In this document: positions 7,776 through 18,291 of the stretch, piece after piece
Position numbering within the stretch: the stretch's first letter is position 1
How the letters are laid out: every line of letters starts with the position of its first letter
Assembly: GCA_030167145.1 (NCBI GenBank)
Contig: CP126532.1
Coordinates: 2,910,001-2,942,000, forward strand
Reading direction: 5' to 3'
Length of the DNA: 32,000 nucleotides
DNA from: Ktedonobacterales bacterium
Lineage (GTDB): Bacteria; Chloroflexota; Ktedonobacteria; Ktedonobacterales; JADMIN01
Notes under the pieces: generated by a model
Told to the model about the DNA's origin: nothing
Databases searched by the model: none
What the model saw: only the letters and a program-made list of their open reading frames with translations
Made by a program: the position numbers and the translations under genes

Positions 7776-10700
7776 ATGATGCGCTGGATCGTTGGGTCAA
7801 GCTTACGTTTTCGTTTCCTGGTGGTGGCCATGGGCGCCGCGATGATGCTCATCGGCATTGCGCAGTTGCGCACCGTGCCGATAGATGTCTTTCCGGAGTT
7901 CGCCCCGCCACTGGTCGAGATTCAGACCGAAGCGCCGGGGATGTCCACCTCGGAGGTAGAATCGCTGATTACCATTCCCCTGGAGGACGCGCTTAGCAGC
8001 ACCCCGCAGCTTGATACCATCCGCTCGAAGTCGGTTCCTGGCTTGTCGGCCATTACGCTGATCTTCAAGTCGGGAACCGACATCCTGAACGCCCGCCAGC
8101 TCGTGAGTGAGCGCGTGTCGGTAGCGACTCGTTCGTTGCCGACGTGGGCAGGGCTGCCCTGGATGCTCCAGCCGCTCTCCGCGACCAGCCGTGTCGTGCA
8201 GATTGGGATCACCTCAGATAAATATTCGCCGATGGATCTCTCGATGATTACCTACTGGACGATCCGCTGGCGCTTGATGGGCGTGCCGGGTGTGGCGAAT
8301 GTCGTCCTCTGGGGCGACCGCTTCAAGCAGTTGCAGGTGCAGGTGGATCCCCACAAGCTGGGGCAATATCATGTTTCGCTGGATGAAGCCCAGGAGGTCA
8401 CTTCAGAAGCCCTGGACTACGGGTTGCTGCGGTATACGAGCAACTCCCGAACCCGTGTCGGTGGCTTCGTGGACACCGCCAATCAACGGCTCGGTATTCA
8501 GCATGTCTTGCCGGTGGTCACCCCGGAGGATCTGGCGAAGGTGCCCGTGCATGACAAAACCAAGAGCGATGGCACCCCGCTGACGCTCGGCGACCTGGGC
8601 CATGTGGTGTGGGACCACCAGCCGCTCATTGGCGATGGTGTTATCAACGATAAGCAGGGTCTGTTGCTCATCGTTGAGAAGTTCCCCTGGGCCAACTCGC
8701 TGGATGTGACGCGCGGAGTAGACGCGGCGCTCAATGAGATGCGCCCCGGCCTGGCCGGCATCCAGATTGACTCGACCATCTTCCGGCAGGCGAGCTTCAT
8801 CGAGATGGCCATTGGCAACCTCGCCCATGCGCTGCTCATCTCGTGTCTGCTGGTGGTGCTGGTGCTCGGCTCCTTCCTCTTCGAATGGCGCACCGCGCTG
8901 ATCAGCATGGTGGCGATACCGCTGTCGCTGGTGATGGCGGGGCTGATCTTAGCGATGCGCGGGGCAACCATCAATACGATGATATTAGCGGGGCTGGTGA
9001 TCGCCGTCGGGGGGGTTGTGGACGACGCCATCATTGATGTGGAGAACATCGTGCGGCGTCTGCGCCAGGCCCGCCGCGAGGGCAGTACGCGATCCACGGC
9101 CAGCATCATCCTTGAGGCATCGCTGGAAGTGCGCAGCGCCATTGTGTACGCGGTGCTGATTGATGTAACCGTGCTTTTGCCGATCTTCTTCGTGGGCGGC
9201 GTGACAGGCGCGTTCTTCCAGCCACTTGCCCTGTCGTATGCGCTGGCGCTGTTGGCCTCGATGGTGGTGGCGCTGACGGTGACGCCCGCGCTCTGCCTGA
9301 TGCTGCTGGCCAAAGCGCCGCTGGAACGCCGCGAGTCGCCGCTGCTGCGCTGGCTGCAGCGGAGCTACAACCCGCTCGTCGGGCGGATCATCCGCAGTCC
9401 CCGCCCAGCCTTCGCGATGGTTACGCTATTCATGCTGGCTGGGTTGCTGATATTCCCATTTCTTGGCGAGTCGCTATTCCCCGCGTTCAAGGAGCGCGAC
9501 TTCCTGATGCACTGGGTGAGCACACCGGGCACATCCCACGCCGAGGCGGTGCGCATCACCACGCAGGCCAGCCGCGAGCTACGCGCCATCCCTGGGGTGC
9601 GCAACTTTGGCTCGCATATCGGGCGCGCCATCGCGGGGGAGGAAGTCCACAGCATGAATTTTGCGGAGAACTGGATCAGCGTGGACCCCGCCGTTGACTA
9701 TGACAAAACGGTGACGGCTATCGAGGAGGTGGTCAACGGCTATCCCGGCCTCTTCCGCGATGTGCAGACCTATCTGAATGAGCGAATTGACGAGGTGTTG
9801 GTGGGGACGAGCGACGATATTGTCGTGCGCATCTTCGGCCCCGACCTGGAAACCCTGCGCAGCAAGGCGGCGGAGGTGAAGGCTACGCTTGAGAAGGTTC
9901 CGGGAACCTCCGAGGTGCATACCGAGCTGCAGGTGGATGTGCCCCATGTGCAGGTCAGCGTGAACATGGCCAATGCCCAACGCTATGGCCTCAAGCCAGG
10001 CGATATACGCCGGGCGGCGGCGGCGCTGGTGGCGGGCACCGAGGTCAGCGACATTCACCGCGATGGCAAGGTCTATGATGTGATGGTGGTAGGCACGCCT
10101 GAAACCTACAACAGCCTGACCAATATCCGCGAGATGTTGATTGACACGCCCGACGGCGGTCAGGTGCGGCTGAGCGATGTGGCCGATGTGAGCATCCTGC
10201 CCACCCCGAACCTGATCGAACGCGAGCACAACTCGCGGCGCATTGACGTGGGCATCAAGGTGACGGGGCGCGATCTGGGCGCGGTGGTGCATGACGTCAA
10301 CGCGCGGCTGCGCGGCGTCAGCTTCCCGCTGGAATATCACGCGCAGGTGCTGGGCGAGTATGCCGAGCGGCAAGAAGCGCAGGGGCGCCTGTTCGCCTTC
10401 GGTCTCGCCGCCGCTATCGGCGTCTTCCTGCTGTTGCAGGCGGCCTTCGGGAGCTGGCGCCTGGCGACGCTGGCCTTCTTCACGCTGCCCTCCGCGCTGG
10501 TGGGCGGCATACTGGCCGCGTTCGCTACCGGCGGGATCATCTCGCTCGGATCGCTGGTCGGCTTCTTCACGGTCTTCGGGATTGCCGCCCGCAACGGCAT
10601 CATGCTGATCAACCACTATCAGCATCTCGAACGTGAAGAAGGGATGGCGTTTGGTCCCGAACTGGTGGTGCGCGGGGCGCGCGAGCGGCTGGGGCCGATC

Positions 10701-10931
10701 CTGATGACGGCGCTGGCGGCGGGCCTGGCGCTGGTGCCGCTGGTGATCTCCGGCGACATCCCCGGCCACGAGATCGAACATCCGATGGCGATTGTCATCC
10801 TGGGCGGGCTGGTCACCTCGACCATACTCAACCTGTTCGTCGTGCCGTCCCTGTATCTGCGCTTCGGCAAGAAAGACCCGAATCGGCGCTTCTTCCTGTT
10901 CCGCAATCGGCCCGCTCCGGCCCAGTCGTGA
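7776..10931 (+). CDS. efflux RND transporter permease subunit, CzcA/CusA-like (paralog 2)
   Basis: ATG at 7776 lies 8 nt after AAGGAGG (7761-7767); the track start at 7767 is a GTG inside that SD. By eye it is roughly 60-65% identical to paralog 1 across the full length. TM4 motif VVDDAIIDVEN and C-terminal NGIMLINHYQHLEREEG. Confidence 0.92.
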   Translation: MMRWIVGSSLRFRFLVVAMGAAMMLIGIAQLRTVPIDVFPEFAPPLVEIQTEAPGMSTSEVESLITIPLEDALSSTPQLDTIRSKSVPGLSAITLIFKSGTDILNARQLVSERVSVATRSLPTWAGLPWMLQPLSATSRVVQIGITSDKYSPMDLSMITYWTIRWRLMGVPGVANVVLWGDRFKQLQVQVDPHKLGQYHVSLDEAQEVTSEALDYGLLRYTSNSRTRVGGFVDTANQRLGIQHVLPVVTPEDLAKVPVHDKTKSDGTPLTLGDLGHVVWDHQPLIGDGVINDKQGLLLIVEKFPWANSLDVTRGVDAALNEMRPGLAGIQIDSTIFRQASFIEMAIGNLAHALLISCLLVVLVLGSFLFEWRTALISMVAIPLSLVMAGLILAMRGATINTMILAGLVIAVGGVVDDAIIDVENIVRRLRQARREGSTRSTASIILEASLEVRSAIVYAVLIDVTVLLPIFFVGGVTGAFFQPLALSYALALLASMVVALTVTPALCLMLLAKAPLERRESPLLRWLQRSYNPLVGRIIRSPRPAFAMVTLFMLAGLLIFPFLGESLFPAFKERDFLMHWVSTPGTSHAEAVRITTQASRELRAIPGVRNFGSHIGRAIAGEEVHSMNFAENWISVDPAVDYDKTVTAIEEVVNGYPGLFRDVQTYLNERIDEVLVGTSDDIVVRIFGPDLETLRSKAAEVKATLEKVPGTSEVHTELQVDVPHVQVSVNMANAQRYGLKPGDIRRAAAALVAGTEVSDIHRDGKVYDVMVVGTPETYNSLTNIREMLIDTPDGGQVRLSDVADVSILPTPNLIEREHNSRRIDVGIKVTGRDLGAVVHDVNARLRGVSFPLEYHAQVLGEYAERQEAQGRLFAFGLAAAIGVFLLLQAAFGSWRLATLAFFTLPSALVGGILAAFATGGIISLGSLVGFFTVFGIAARNGIMLINHYQHLEREEGMAFGPELVVRGARERLGPILMTALAAGLALVPLVISGDIPGHEIEHPMAIVILGGLVTSTILNLFVVPSLYLRFGKKDPNRRFFLFRNRPAPAQS

Positions 10932-10945
10932 AGCTAACCACTTGG

Positions 10946-10970
10946 TAGGGGGTCGCGCCCTATCGTTTCC
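10946..10970 (+). terminator. possible terminator or degenerate GTAG hairpin after the RND operon
   Basis: TAGGG / CCCTA stem (10946-10950 pairs with 10958-10962) with a 7-nt loop, preceded by G to give GTAG, followed by TCGTTTCC. The stem is weak. Confidence 0.3.
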
Positions 10971-11106
10971 AGGGCAGCCTAGAGCCTTGCCAGCAGCATA
11001 CCACACAGCAGAAAGGGAGCGCAGGCTATGGCCCGCTCAGCAACTCATAGCGGAAGTTGCAATGCCATCCACAACCATGCCACATCAGTACGACTTGGCG
11101 GCGGCA

Positions 11107-11135
11107 TTGGCGTTGTGCGCGCGATGGGCTAGAAT
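11107..11135 (+). promoter_or_regulatory. candidate promoter: TTGGCG, 17-nt spacer, TAGAAT
   Basis: TTGGCG at 11107-11112, a 17-nt spacer, and TAGAAT at 11130-11135, about 100 nt upstream of murG. Confidence 0.4.
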
Positions 11136-11234
11136 GAAGGAGCGTCGCCGGTCCGAAGGAGCCATTGGAGGAGTGCGGGACCGGCGCGGGAAGCATGCGT
11201 GCGAGTACCGGCGCGTGGGGGAATGTGGAGAGCT

Positions 11235-12365
11235 ATGCGAATCTTGATTTCTGGCGGTGGCACCGGCGGCCACATCTATCCGGCGCTGGCGGTGGCGCGC
11301 GAACTGAGCGACCGCTACGACGCGGAACTGCTGTACCTGGGCGACGTGAATGGCCTGGAGACTGACCTCGTGCCACGCGCTGGCATTCCCTTTGCCGCGG
11401 TGGAGGCAGGCAAGTTCCGGCGCTACCTCTCGCGTCGCACATTCTCTGATCTGGCGCGCGTGCCCAAGGGCATCCGCCAGGCGATGGAGATTGTTCGCCA
11501 GTTCCGCCCGCATGCCGCCTTCACCAGCGGCGGCTACGTCGCCGTTCCGGCAGGCTTCGCTGCGCGTCGCTTCGGCGCGCCGCTGCTGATGCACCAGCAA
11601 GATGTTTCGCCCAATCTCTCCAACCGCCTGCTCACCCCATTCGCCAGCCGCATCTCCGTCTCGTTCCCCGACTCCTTGCGCTACTTCCCCCGTCGCAAGA
11701 CCGCACTGACCGGCAATCCCGTGCGCGAAGACATCCTCCACGCCACCCGCTGGCCCCAGGCCGACTGCAAGCGCGCCTTCGGGCTGAACCCCCATGATCC
11801 GGTGCTGCTGGTGACGGGCGGCAGCCAGGGCGCACGGCATCTGAACCAGGTGACAGCGCGGCTATTGCCGCAACTGCTGCCACGCTGCCAGGTGTTGCAT
11901 ATCAGTGGCGACCGCACCTACAACGAAACCCGCGCAGCGGCGGAGCCAGCCTTCACCGAGCGCCCCGAATGGCGCGGGCGCTATGTGCTGCGCGCATATC
12001 TCACGGATCGCATGGCCGGGGCGCTCGCCGCCAGCGACATCGTGCTCTGCCGCTCCGGCGCTTCGACGCTAACTGAACTGGCGACGCTGGGGCTGCCCAG
12101 CGTGCTGGTGCCACTGCCGCCGGGCTTCACCGGCTCGCCGCAGGCCGTCAACGCGGCGATGTTCCGTCAGGCTGGCGCGGCGGAGTTGATCGCCGATAAA
12201 GAACTGACCGTAGACCGGCTCGCGTCGGTGCTGCTGCCGCTGCTAGAAAACGATGCGCGGCGCACGCTGATGGCCAACGCCGCGGCAGCGCTGGCGCATC
12301 CCGAAGCCGCCGCCGTGCTGGCCGATACCGTGGCGGAGCTAGCCAAGCGGCGCGGCGCGGACTGA
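11235..12365 (+). CDS. murG: UDP-N-acetylglucosamine--N-acetylmuramyl-(pentapeptide) pyrophosphoryl-undecaprenol GlcNAc transferase
   Basis: MRILISGGGTGGHIYPALAVA N-terminal glycine loop, central VTGGSQGA, and C-terminal CRSGASTLTELA. An alternative upstream ATG lies at 11199. Confidence 0.9.
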   Translation: MRILISGGGTGGHIYPALAVARELSDRYDAELLYLGDVNGLETDLVPRAGIPFAAVEAGKFRRYLSRRTFSDLARVPKGIRQAMEIVRQFRPHAAFTSGGYVAVPAGFAARRFGAPLLMHQQDVSPNLSNRLLTPFASRISVSFPDSLRYFPRRKTALTGNPVREDILHATRWPQADCKRAFGLNPHDPVLLVTGGSQGARHLNQVTARLLPQLLPRCQVLHISGDRTYNETRAAAEPAFTERPEWRGRYVLRAYLTDRMAGALAASDIVLCRSGASTLTELATLGLPSVLVPLPPGFTGSPQAVNAAMFRQAGAAELIADKELTVDRLASVLLPLLENDARRTLMANAAAALAHPEAAAVLADTVAELAKRRGAD

Positions 12366-12682
12366 CGACGCCCGCGGCAGATCTCGCATAGTTCAATATT
12401 CTGCCCCTGAAAATCGTTCCCAGATGGGCGCGGATGGCGTGTGAAGGAAGCGACGCCTATCTGTGCTGTTGCCCAATTCTTGCGAGTAGTTGACGGCATA
12501 ACGCAAATGTCGCACAGTGTAGCTGTGCCAATCATGTAGGCAACACCCTCTGAATGCGTTCCGGCGAACAGTGAGGTGCATACCCAGCGCGAACCAGACC
12601 GAGATCGAGCGCATGGGACATGCGGAAAGATGAGTGTGGCGCCGCCGAGACACATGGAGCGTTCTGGCGAGGCAGGCGTACA

Positions 12683-14923
12683 ATGAAATCACCCAAGAAT
12701 GGCACGAAGACTCCGGCTCACCAGGAGACATCCACGACAACTGGGCGAACCAATGGCCACCAGCGTCGCCGGGGTTTCCGGAGGCTGGGCCTCAATCAGC
12801 GCTTTCTGCCGATCCTGATCGTCGTCTCGCTCATTAGCTCGTTCGCTATCGCCTCGCTGGCCTACATCGCCATCCGCACCGCCGCCATCAACAGCGCGCA
12901 GGATCGCGCGCGACAGGATGTGCGCGTAGCGCAAGCGTTCTTAGAGGGTCAGGGCGACACGCTGGCGATCAGCAATGGGCAGATGGTGGTCATCAGCCAG
13001 GGCAAATCTACGCTGACACTCAATGGTGATACAACCCAGGTGGACCGTATGGCGGCGCTGGTGGCCGATGCGACCATCTATCAGCTTGAGGGAGAGAATC
13101 TGGTCGCTATCTCGTCCAGTGTGCATACTCCGAATGGTTCGCGTTTACTTGGGTATGCGCTCGGCGGCCCGCCATACACCGCGTTGCGTCAGGGCAACGC
13201 CTATACCGGTGTGGTCAGCTTGCAGGGCACGCAATACGTCGCCTCATTCGAGCCACTCCACGACGCCAACGGCGCGTTGATCGGCGCGGTGAGTACCGCG
13301 ACGCCGCTCGATACCGTGCTTGCACCCACCACGCAGATTGGGATTATCTTGCTGTTCGCGAGTCTGTTGCTGGCGCTGGTGCTCTCGCTGGTTGGGTTCT
13401 GGGTGTTCGATTCGCTCTCCAAACGCGTGCTGGCCTCGCTCGACACCCAGCTTAACGCCATCGCGGATGGCGCTGTACAGCTCGGTGGCGAAGCGCATGC
13501 GAACGCGCGGCGATTGCGACGGCAGGAACGCCTCACACGCCAGATTGGCGAGCAAGTCTATCAGCTCGATACGCTGGCCCGCGCCATGGAACACGGGCAT
13601 GCCGCGCTGCAAAACTCGGCGGGCGAGATCTGGGCGGAGATGTCGCAGCCAGGACTTGCGCCTGATCCGCAGCGGGCGCTGCAATGGGCAAAACAGTCGG
13701 TGATTATCTCGGCGCGCGTGGGCACACAGGCGGAGCAGGCCCGCGACCTGTGCTATCAACTGACGAATCTGCTCAATCATGTCGTCGCCGAAGGCAATGC
13801 TATGACCAGCAGTAGCCGCGACATAGACGCCGAGGCGACAGATCTGCACACGGCAGTGAACGGCATCGAAGCGGCGCTCGGCGAGCGGTTCGTCCCGCGC
13901 GACGCCCTCGCGGGCGCGCCAGAGTCCCGCTACGATGCGGGCGAGACCCCCGCCGCCATGTATCCGCCGCGCGCGCCGCAGCCACAGTCACAGCCATCAC
14001 CCCAGATGGAGCCGCGTGGTATACCTGCCACGCCATCACAGCCAGGAGGCCCGCAGCAAGCCATGCCTCGCAATGCCGGGCAGATGCCGCAGCAACCATC
14101 TCAACCACCCCAACGCGGCCCTGTCAGCCCCTACTTCATCCAGCCACCGCAATCGCCCCAACAAGCGGGCTGGGGTGGCGCCGCCCAACCTGCTCAGCCT
14201 GCCCAACCGCGCACACCACCCCAGGAGCAGCGTTCACAACCATCTGGACAGTATCCAGCCGCCAATCAGTACCCTGGCGGGCAACGTCCCGACGCCAATC
14301 AATATCCTAGCGGGCAATATCCCGCCGTTGGCGGACAGTATGCGCCAGAACGCTATCCGGCGCAGCAGTATCCTCCCAGCGGGCAGTATCCGGCCGTCGG
14401 CGGACAATCGCAGCAGCGGACTGCAGTCCCTGGTGGCGCGGGTGAACCACCCGCACATGGTCAGCCGCCGCAACCACCACAATATCAGCCGCAGCCACAG
14501 CGGCAGACTGGCGCGCCTGAGGCAGGCAGTCGCGGCTACACCAGCGACGACCTACAATGGCGCGCCGCTGGCGGATGGCCGCCCGACGAAGCAGACCAAA
14601 GCACCCAGCAATACACGCCAACCCGGCGCGATACTCCTCCGCTCACGCCAGCCGCGCCCGAACAAGCCCAAGCGCCGCAGCCACCATACGCGCCAGCATA
14701 CCCGCCGCAACAATCGTATGCGCCCGAACAAGCGTATATGCCAGAGCAGCAACAGCCGCCGTCATGGCAGGCGCAGATGCCCGCCCCTAGCGTGCCGCCA
14801 GCGATGCCACCATTCAATGATCTTGGCCTGCCCAACCTGCCCAGCGTCAGTGGCAAAGACTGGCGCGGCACTGGCGTCCACGGCGCTGCTGGCGAGCCGG
14901 AAGACTTCTCCGATGAGCGCTAG
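12683..14923 (+). CDS. membrane sensor-like protein: TM, Cache-like extracytoplasmic domain, TM, HAMP-like/helical region, and a ~330-aa Pro/Gln/Tyr-rich tail
   Basis: Two TM helices (ILIVVSLISSFAIASLAYIAI and IGIILLFASLLLALVLSLVGFWV) flank about 170 aa resembling single-Cache sensors (ATIYQLEG.NLVAISSSV..P.G.RLLGY.L......AL..G..Y.G.V.L.G..YVA.FEPL.D..G..IGAV). A HAMP-like segment follows, then a QYP/PQ low-complexity region to the stop. The start could also be the ATG at 12620. Confidence 0.75.
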   Translation: MKSPKNGTKTPAHQETSTTTGRTNGHQRRRGFRRLGLNQRFLPILIVVSLISSFAIASLAYIAIRTAAINSAQDRARQDVRVAQAFLEGQGDTLAISNGQMVVISQGKSTLTLNGDTTQVDRMAALVADATIYQLEGENLVAISSSVHTPNGSRLLGYALGGPPYTALRQGNAYTGVVSLQGTQYVASFEPLHDANGALIGAVSTATPLDTVLAPTTQIGIILLFASLLLALVLSLVGFWVFDSLSKRVLASLDTQLNAIADGAVQLGGEAHANARRLRRQERLTRQIGEQVYQLDTLARAMEHGHAALQNSAGEIWAEMSQPGLAPDPQRALQWAKQSVIISARVGTQAEQARDLCYQLTNLLNHVVAEGNAMTSSSRDIDAEATDLHTAVNGIEAALGERFVPRDALAGAPESRYDAGETPAAMYPPRAPQPQSQPSPQMEPRGIPATPSQPGGPQQAMPRNAGQMPQQPSQPPQRGPVSPYFIQPPQSPQQAGWGGAAQPAQPAQPRTPPQEQRSQPSGQYPAANQYPGGQRPDANQYPSGQYPAVGGQYAPERYPAQQYPPSGQYPAVGGQSQQRTAVPGGAGEPPAHGQPPQPPQYQPQPQRQTGAPEAGSRGYTSDDLQWRAAGGWPPDEADQSTQQYTPTRRDTPPLTPAAPEQAQAPQPPYAPAYPPQQSYAPEQAYMPEQQQPPSWQAQMPAPSVPPAMPPFNDLGLPNLPSVSGKDWRGTGVHGAAGEPEDFSDER

Positions 14924-14941
14924 CCGTGCGCTTGCCTGCCC

Positions 14942-14971
14942 TTGACGCTGCTTGCAGCCGCTGCTTATAAT
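14942..14971 (+). promoter_or_regulatory. sigma70-type promoter: TTGACG, 18-nt spacer, TATAAT
   Basis: TTGACG at 14942-14947, an 18-nt spacer, and TATAAT at 14966-14971, upstream of eno. Confidence 0.5.
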
Positions 14972-15003
14972 CCGCGCGGGGCGCTCTCACCACTGGCGAC
15001 TGA

Positions 15004-16404
<1,401 letters not shown>

Positions 16405-16434
16405 AAATAGAAGAACGGGAGAAGCTAACAGCAT

Positions 16435-17388
16435 ATGAGCCAGCCAGCAGGAGAATCCAGCCAGCCGCAGCCAGCGCAACCAACACCACCCGCGCAGCCT
16501 GCGTCACGCGCCGCCGCGCTCACGCGGGGGACGGTGCAGTCCATTCACTACACGCTGAGTTACGCTGTTCGCAACGCCGAGAAGGGGCCACAGGGCGCGA
16601 TTGTGCTGCTGCACGACCTGCCCGGCGGCGCCTTTACCTGGGCGGATGCGCTGCCAAAGCTCGACGCGGCGGGCCGCGCGGTCTACGCCTTCGACATGCT
16701 CGCGTATGGTGAATCCGAGCACGCGTGGCCGTCCGATACCTCCGTCTGGGGCCATGCGGACTGCCTGAGCTACGCGATTCAGCGGTTGGGGCTGAGCGAG
16801 ATCACGCTGGTCGGCTTCGGGGTGGGCGGCGGCGTGGCGCAGGTGCTGGCGACGCGGCTGCTGCGCGACCGCATCGCCAAGCTCGCGCTCATCAACTCGT
16901 ATGCCTATGAATACGCCTTCGCGCCGGACTGGCCGCTGCCGGAGATGGCCAAGCGACAAGACCCCGAAGCGCCCAAGCATACCACGACCGACGCCGTATT
17001 GAACGACCTGCGCGCCACGCTGCCCAACGCGGCGGCGAATCCGCAATATCTGGCCGGGAGCAAGCTGGACGCCTATGTGAACGAGTGGAACAGCGACATC
17101 GGCAGGGAACTGCTGTTCCAGCATGTGCGGCTGATGAACCCGATGTACCTGAACGCGGTCTCGTCGTATCTGCGCGGGCTGACCGTTCCCGTGCTGCTGG
17201 TCTGGGGCGAGAACGACAAGGTGACGCCCGTTTCGTTGGGCGAACGGCTGCAACGCGACATCCCCGGCGCGCGGCTGGAAATCGTCAAGGGCGCGGGGCA
17301 TCTGCTGCTCGACGACGCGCCCGACGCCGTGGGCGACCTGATCGCGCGCTTCGCCAGCGCCGCCACGCCGGTTACCGCGTCACGCTAG
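16435..17388 (+). CDS. alpha/beta-hydrolase-fold protein with a non-canonical nucleophile elbow (GFGVG)
   Basis: Fold pattern IVLLHDLPGG...YAFDMLAYGES...ITLVGFGVGGGVAQ...VLLVWGENDKV...GAGHLLLDDAP. The start lies 30 nt after the eno stop. Confidence 0.8.
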   Translation: MSQPAGESSQPQPAQPTPPAQPASRAAALTRGTVQSIHYTLSYAVRNAEKGPQGAIVLLHDLPGGAFTWADALPKLDAAGRAVYAFDMLAYGESEHAWPSDTSVWGHADCLSYAIQRLGLSEITLVGFGVGGGVAQVLATRLLRDRIAKLALINSYAYEYAFAPDWPLPEMAKRQDPEAPKHTTTDAVLNDLRATLPNAAANPQYLAGSKLDAYVNEWNSDIGRELLFQHVRLMNPMYLNAVSSYLRGLTVPVLLVWGENDKVTPVSLGERLQRDIPGARLEIVKGAGHLLLDDAPDAVGDLIARFASAATPVTASR

Positions 17389-17493
17389 CGCGGCGGTACA
17401 ATCGAAGCATCCTGTTGTTTGAGGCTGGTTTCGGCGGGAATCGCGCCGCTGCCAGCCTCGCGCGGTATCGCCCCTCGCGTCAGGAGCAGACGT

Positions 17494-18237
17494 ATGACCA
17501 CAGCGCACTACGACGCCATTGCCGAGTGGTATGACGAGTTCGTGCGGACACAGCCGATTCTCTATGATGTCATCAATCCGGCGCTGCTGCGAATGGTTGA
17601 CGAGACCGGCGACCTGCGTGACCGCGACCTCTGCGATCTGGCTTGCGGGCAAGGGGCCATCGCGCGCCAGCTTGCGCAACGCGGCGCGCGAGTCGTGGGC
17701 GTAGATATCTCGGAGCGGTTGCTGGCGATTGCGAAGCTCCAGGCTGATAGCGGCGACGTGCTGTATCCAATCACCTATCGGTACGATGACGCACAGGCCG
17801 CCACCACGCTTGGCGACGCCAGCTTCGATGGCGTAACCTGCAACATGGCGCTGATGGATATTCCCGACCTCGACGCGGCGATGCGAACAGTAGCGCGCAT
17901 CCTGCGCCCTGGCGGCTGGTTCGTCTGCTCGATTACCCATCCCTATGTGCAGATGCCTGCATCGCAATGGACGGCGCGCGCGGACGGAAGCACGACGCGC
18001 ACAGCGGGCGATTACTTCGCGGAGGGCTTCTGGCATCCGGGCAAGACGCCCGGTGTGCGTGGGCGCGTCGGCGCGCACCACCGCACCCTGGCAACGTATC
18101 TCAATACCTTTGTGCGTGCGGGCCTCGTGCTGGAAGCGGTCGCCGAGCCGCAGGCCACCGATGCCTTGATCGCGCAGTTGCCTGGCTACCAGTGGGTGCC
18201 GGGCGCGTTCATCGCGCGGTGCCGCAAGCGTTCGTAA
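17494..18237 (+). CDS. class I SAM-dependent methyltransferase
   Basis: ATG at 17494 lies 7 nt after AGGAG. Motif I is DLACGQG, and post-I is RVVGVDISE...FDGVTCNMALMD...RILRPGGWFV. Confidence 0.85.
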   Translation: MTTAHYDAIAEWYDEFVRTQPILYDVINPALLRMVDETGDLRDRDLCDLACGQGAIARQLAQRGARVVGVDISERLLAIAKLQADSGDVLYPITYRYDDAQAATTLGDASFDGVTCNMALMDIPDLDAAMRTVARILRPGGWFVCSITHPYVQMPASQWTARADGSTTRTAGDYFAEGFWHPGKTPGVRGRVGAHHRTLATYLNTFVRAGLVLEAVAEPQATDALIAQLPGYQWVPGAFIARCRKRS

Positions 18238-18291
18238 GTAATCGCTCACCACGAACCAAGTCCTCTTAACGGCAACAAGGCCAGCAAGTCT

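Noticed and set aside
11235-12365. murG standing alone, away from a dcw (mur/fts) cluster.
   Set aside because: This is real but not remarkable. Cell-wall genes are scattered in several phyla, and the window gives no further anomaly.
13935-14945. 336-aa alternative-frame ORF inside the P/Q-rich tail of the sensor gene.
   Set aside because: It is an artefact of the low-complexity CAG/CCG-rich DNA, which stays open in several frames. It is not contiguous with any upstream domain and has no start context.
17107-17118. Perfect GAAC-TGCT-GTTC SOS-box core. One-mismatch cores also occur at 11325-11336 and 15080-15091.
   Set aside because: 17107-17118 and 11325-11336 lie inside coding sequence (E-L-L-F and E-L-L-Y codons). 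15080-15091 lies between the eno Shine-Dalgarno and the start codon with no promoter context. I treat them as chance matches, and they lower my confidence in the intergenic boxes.
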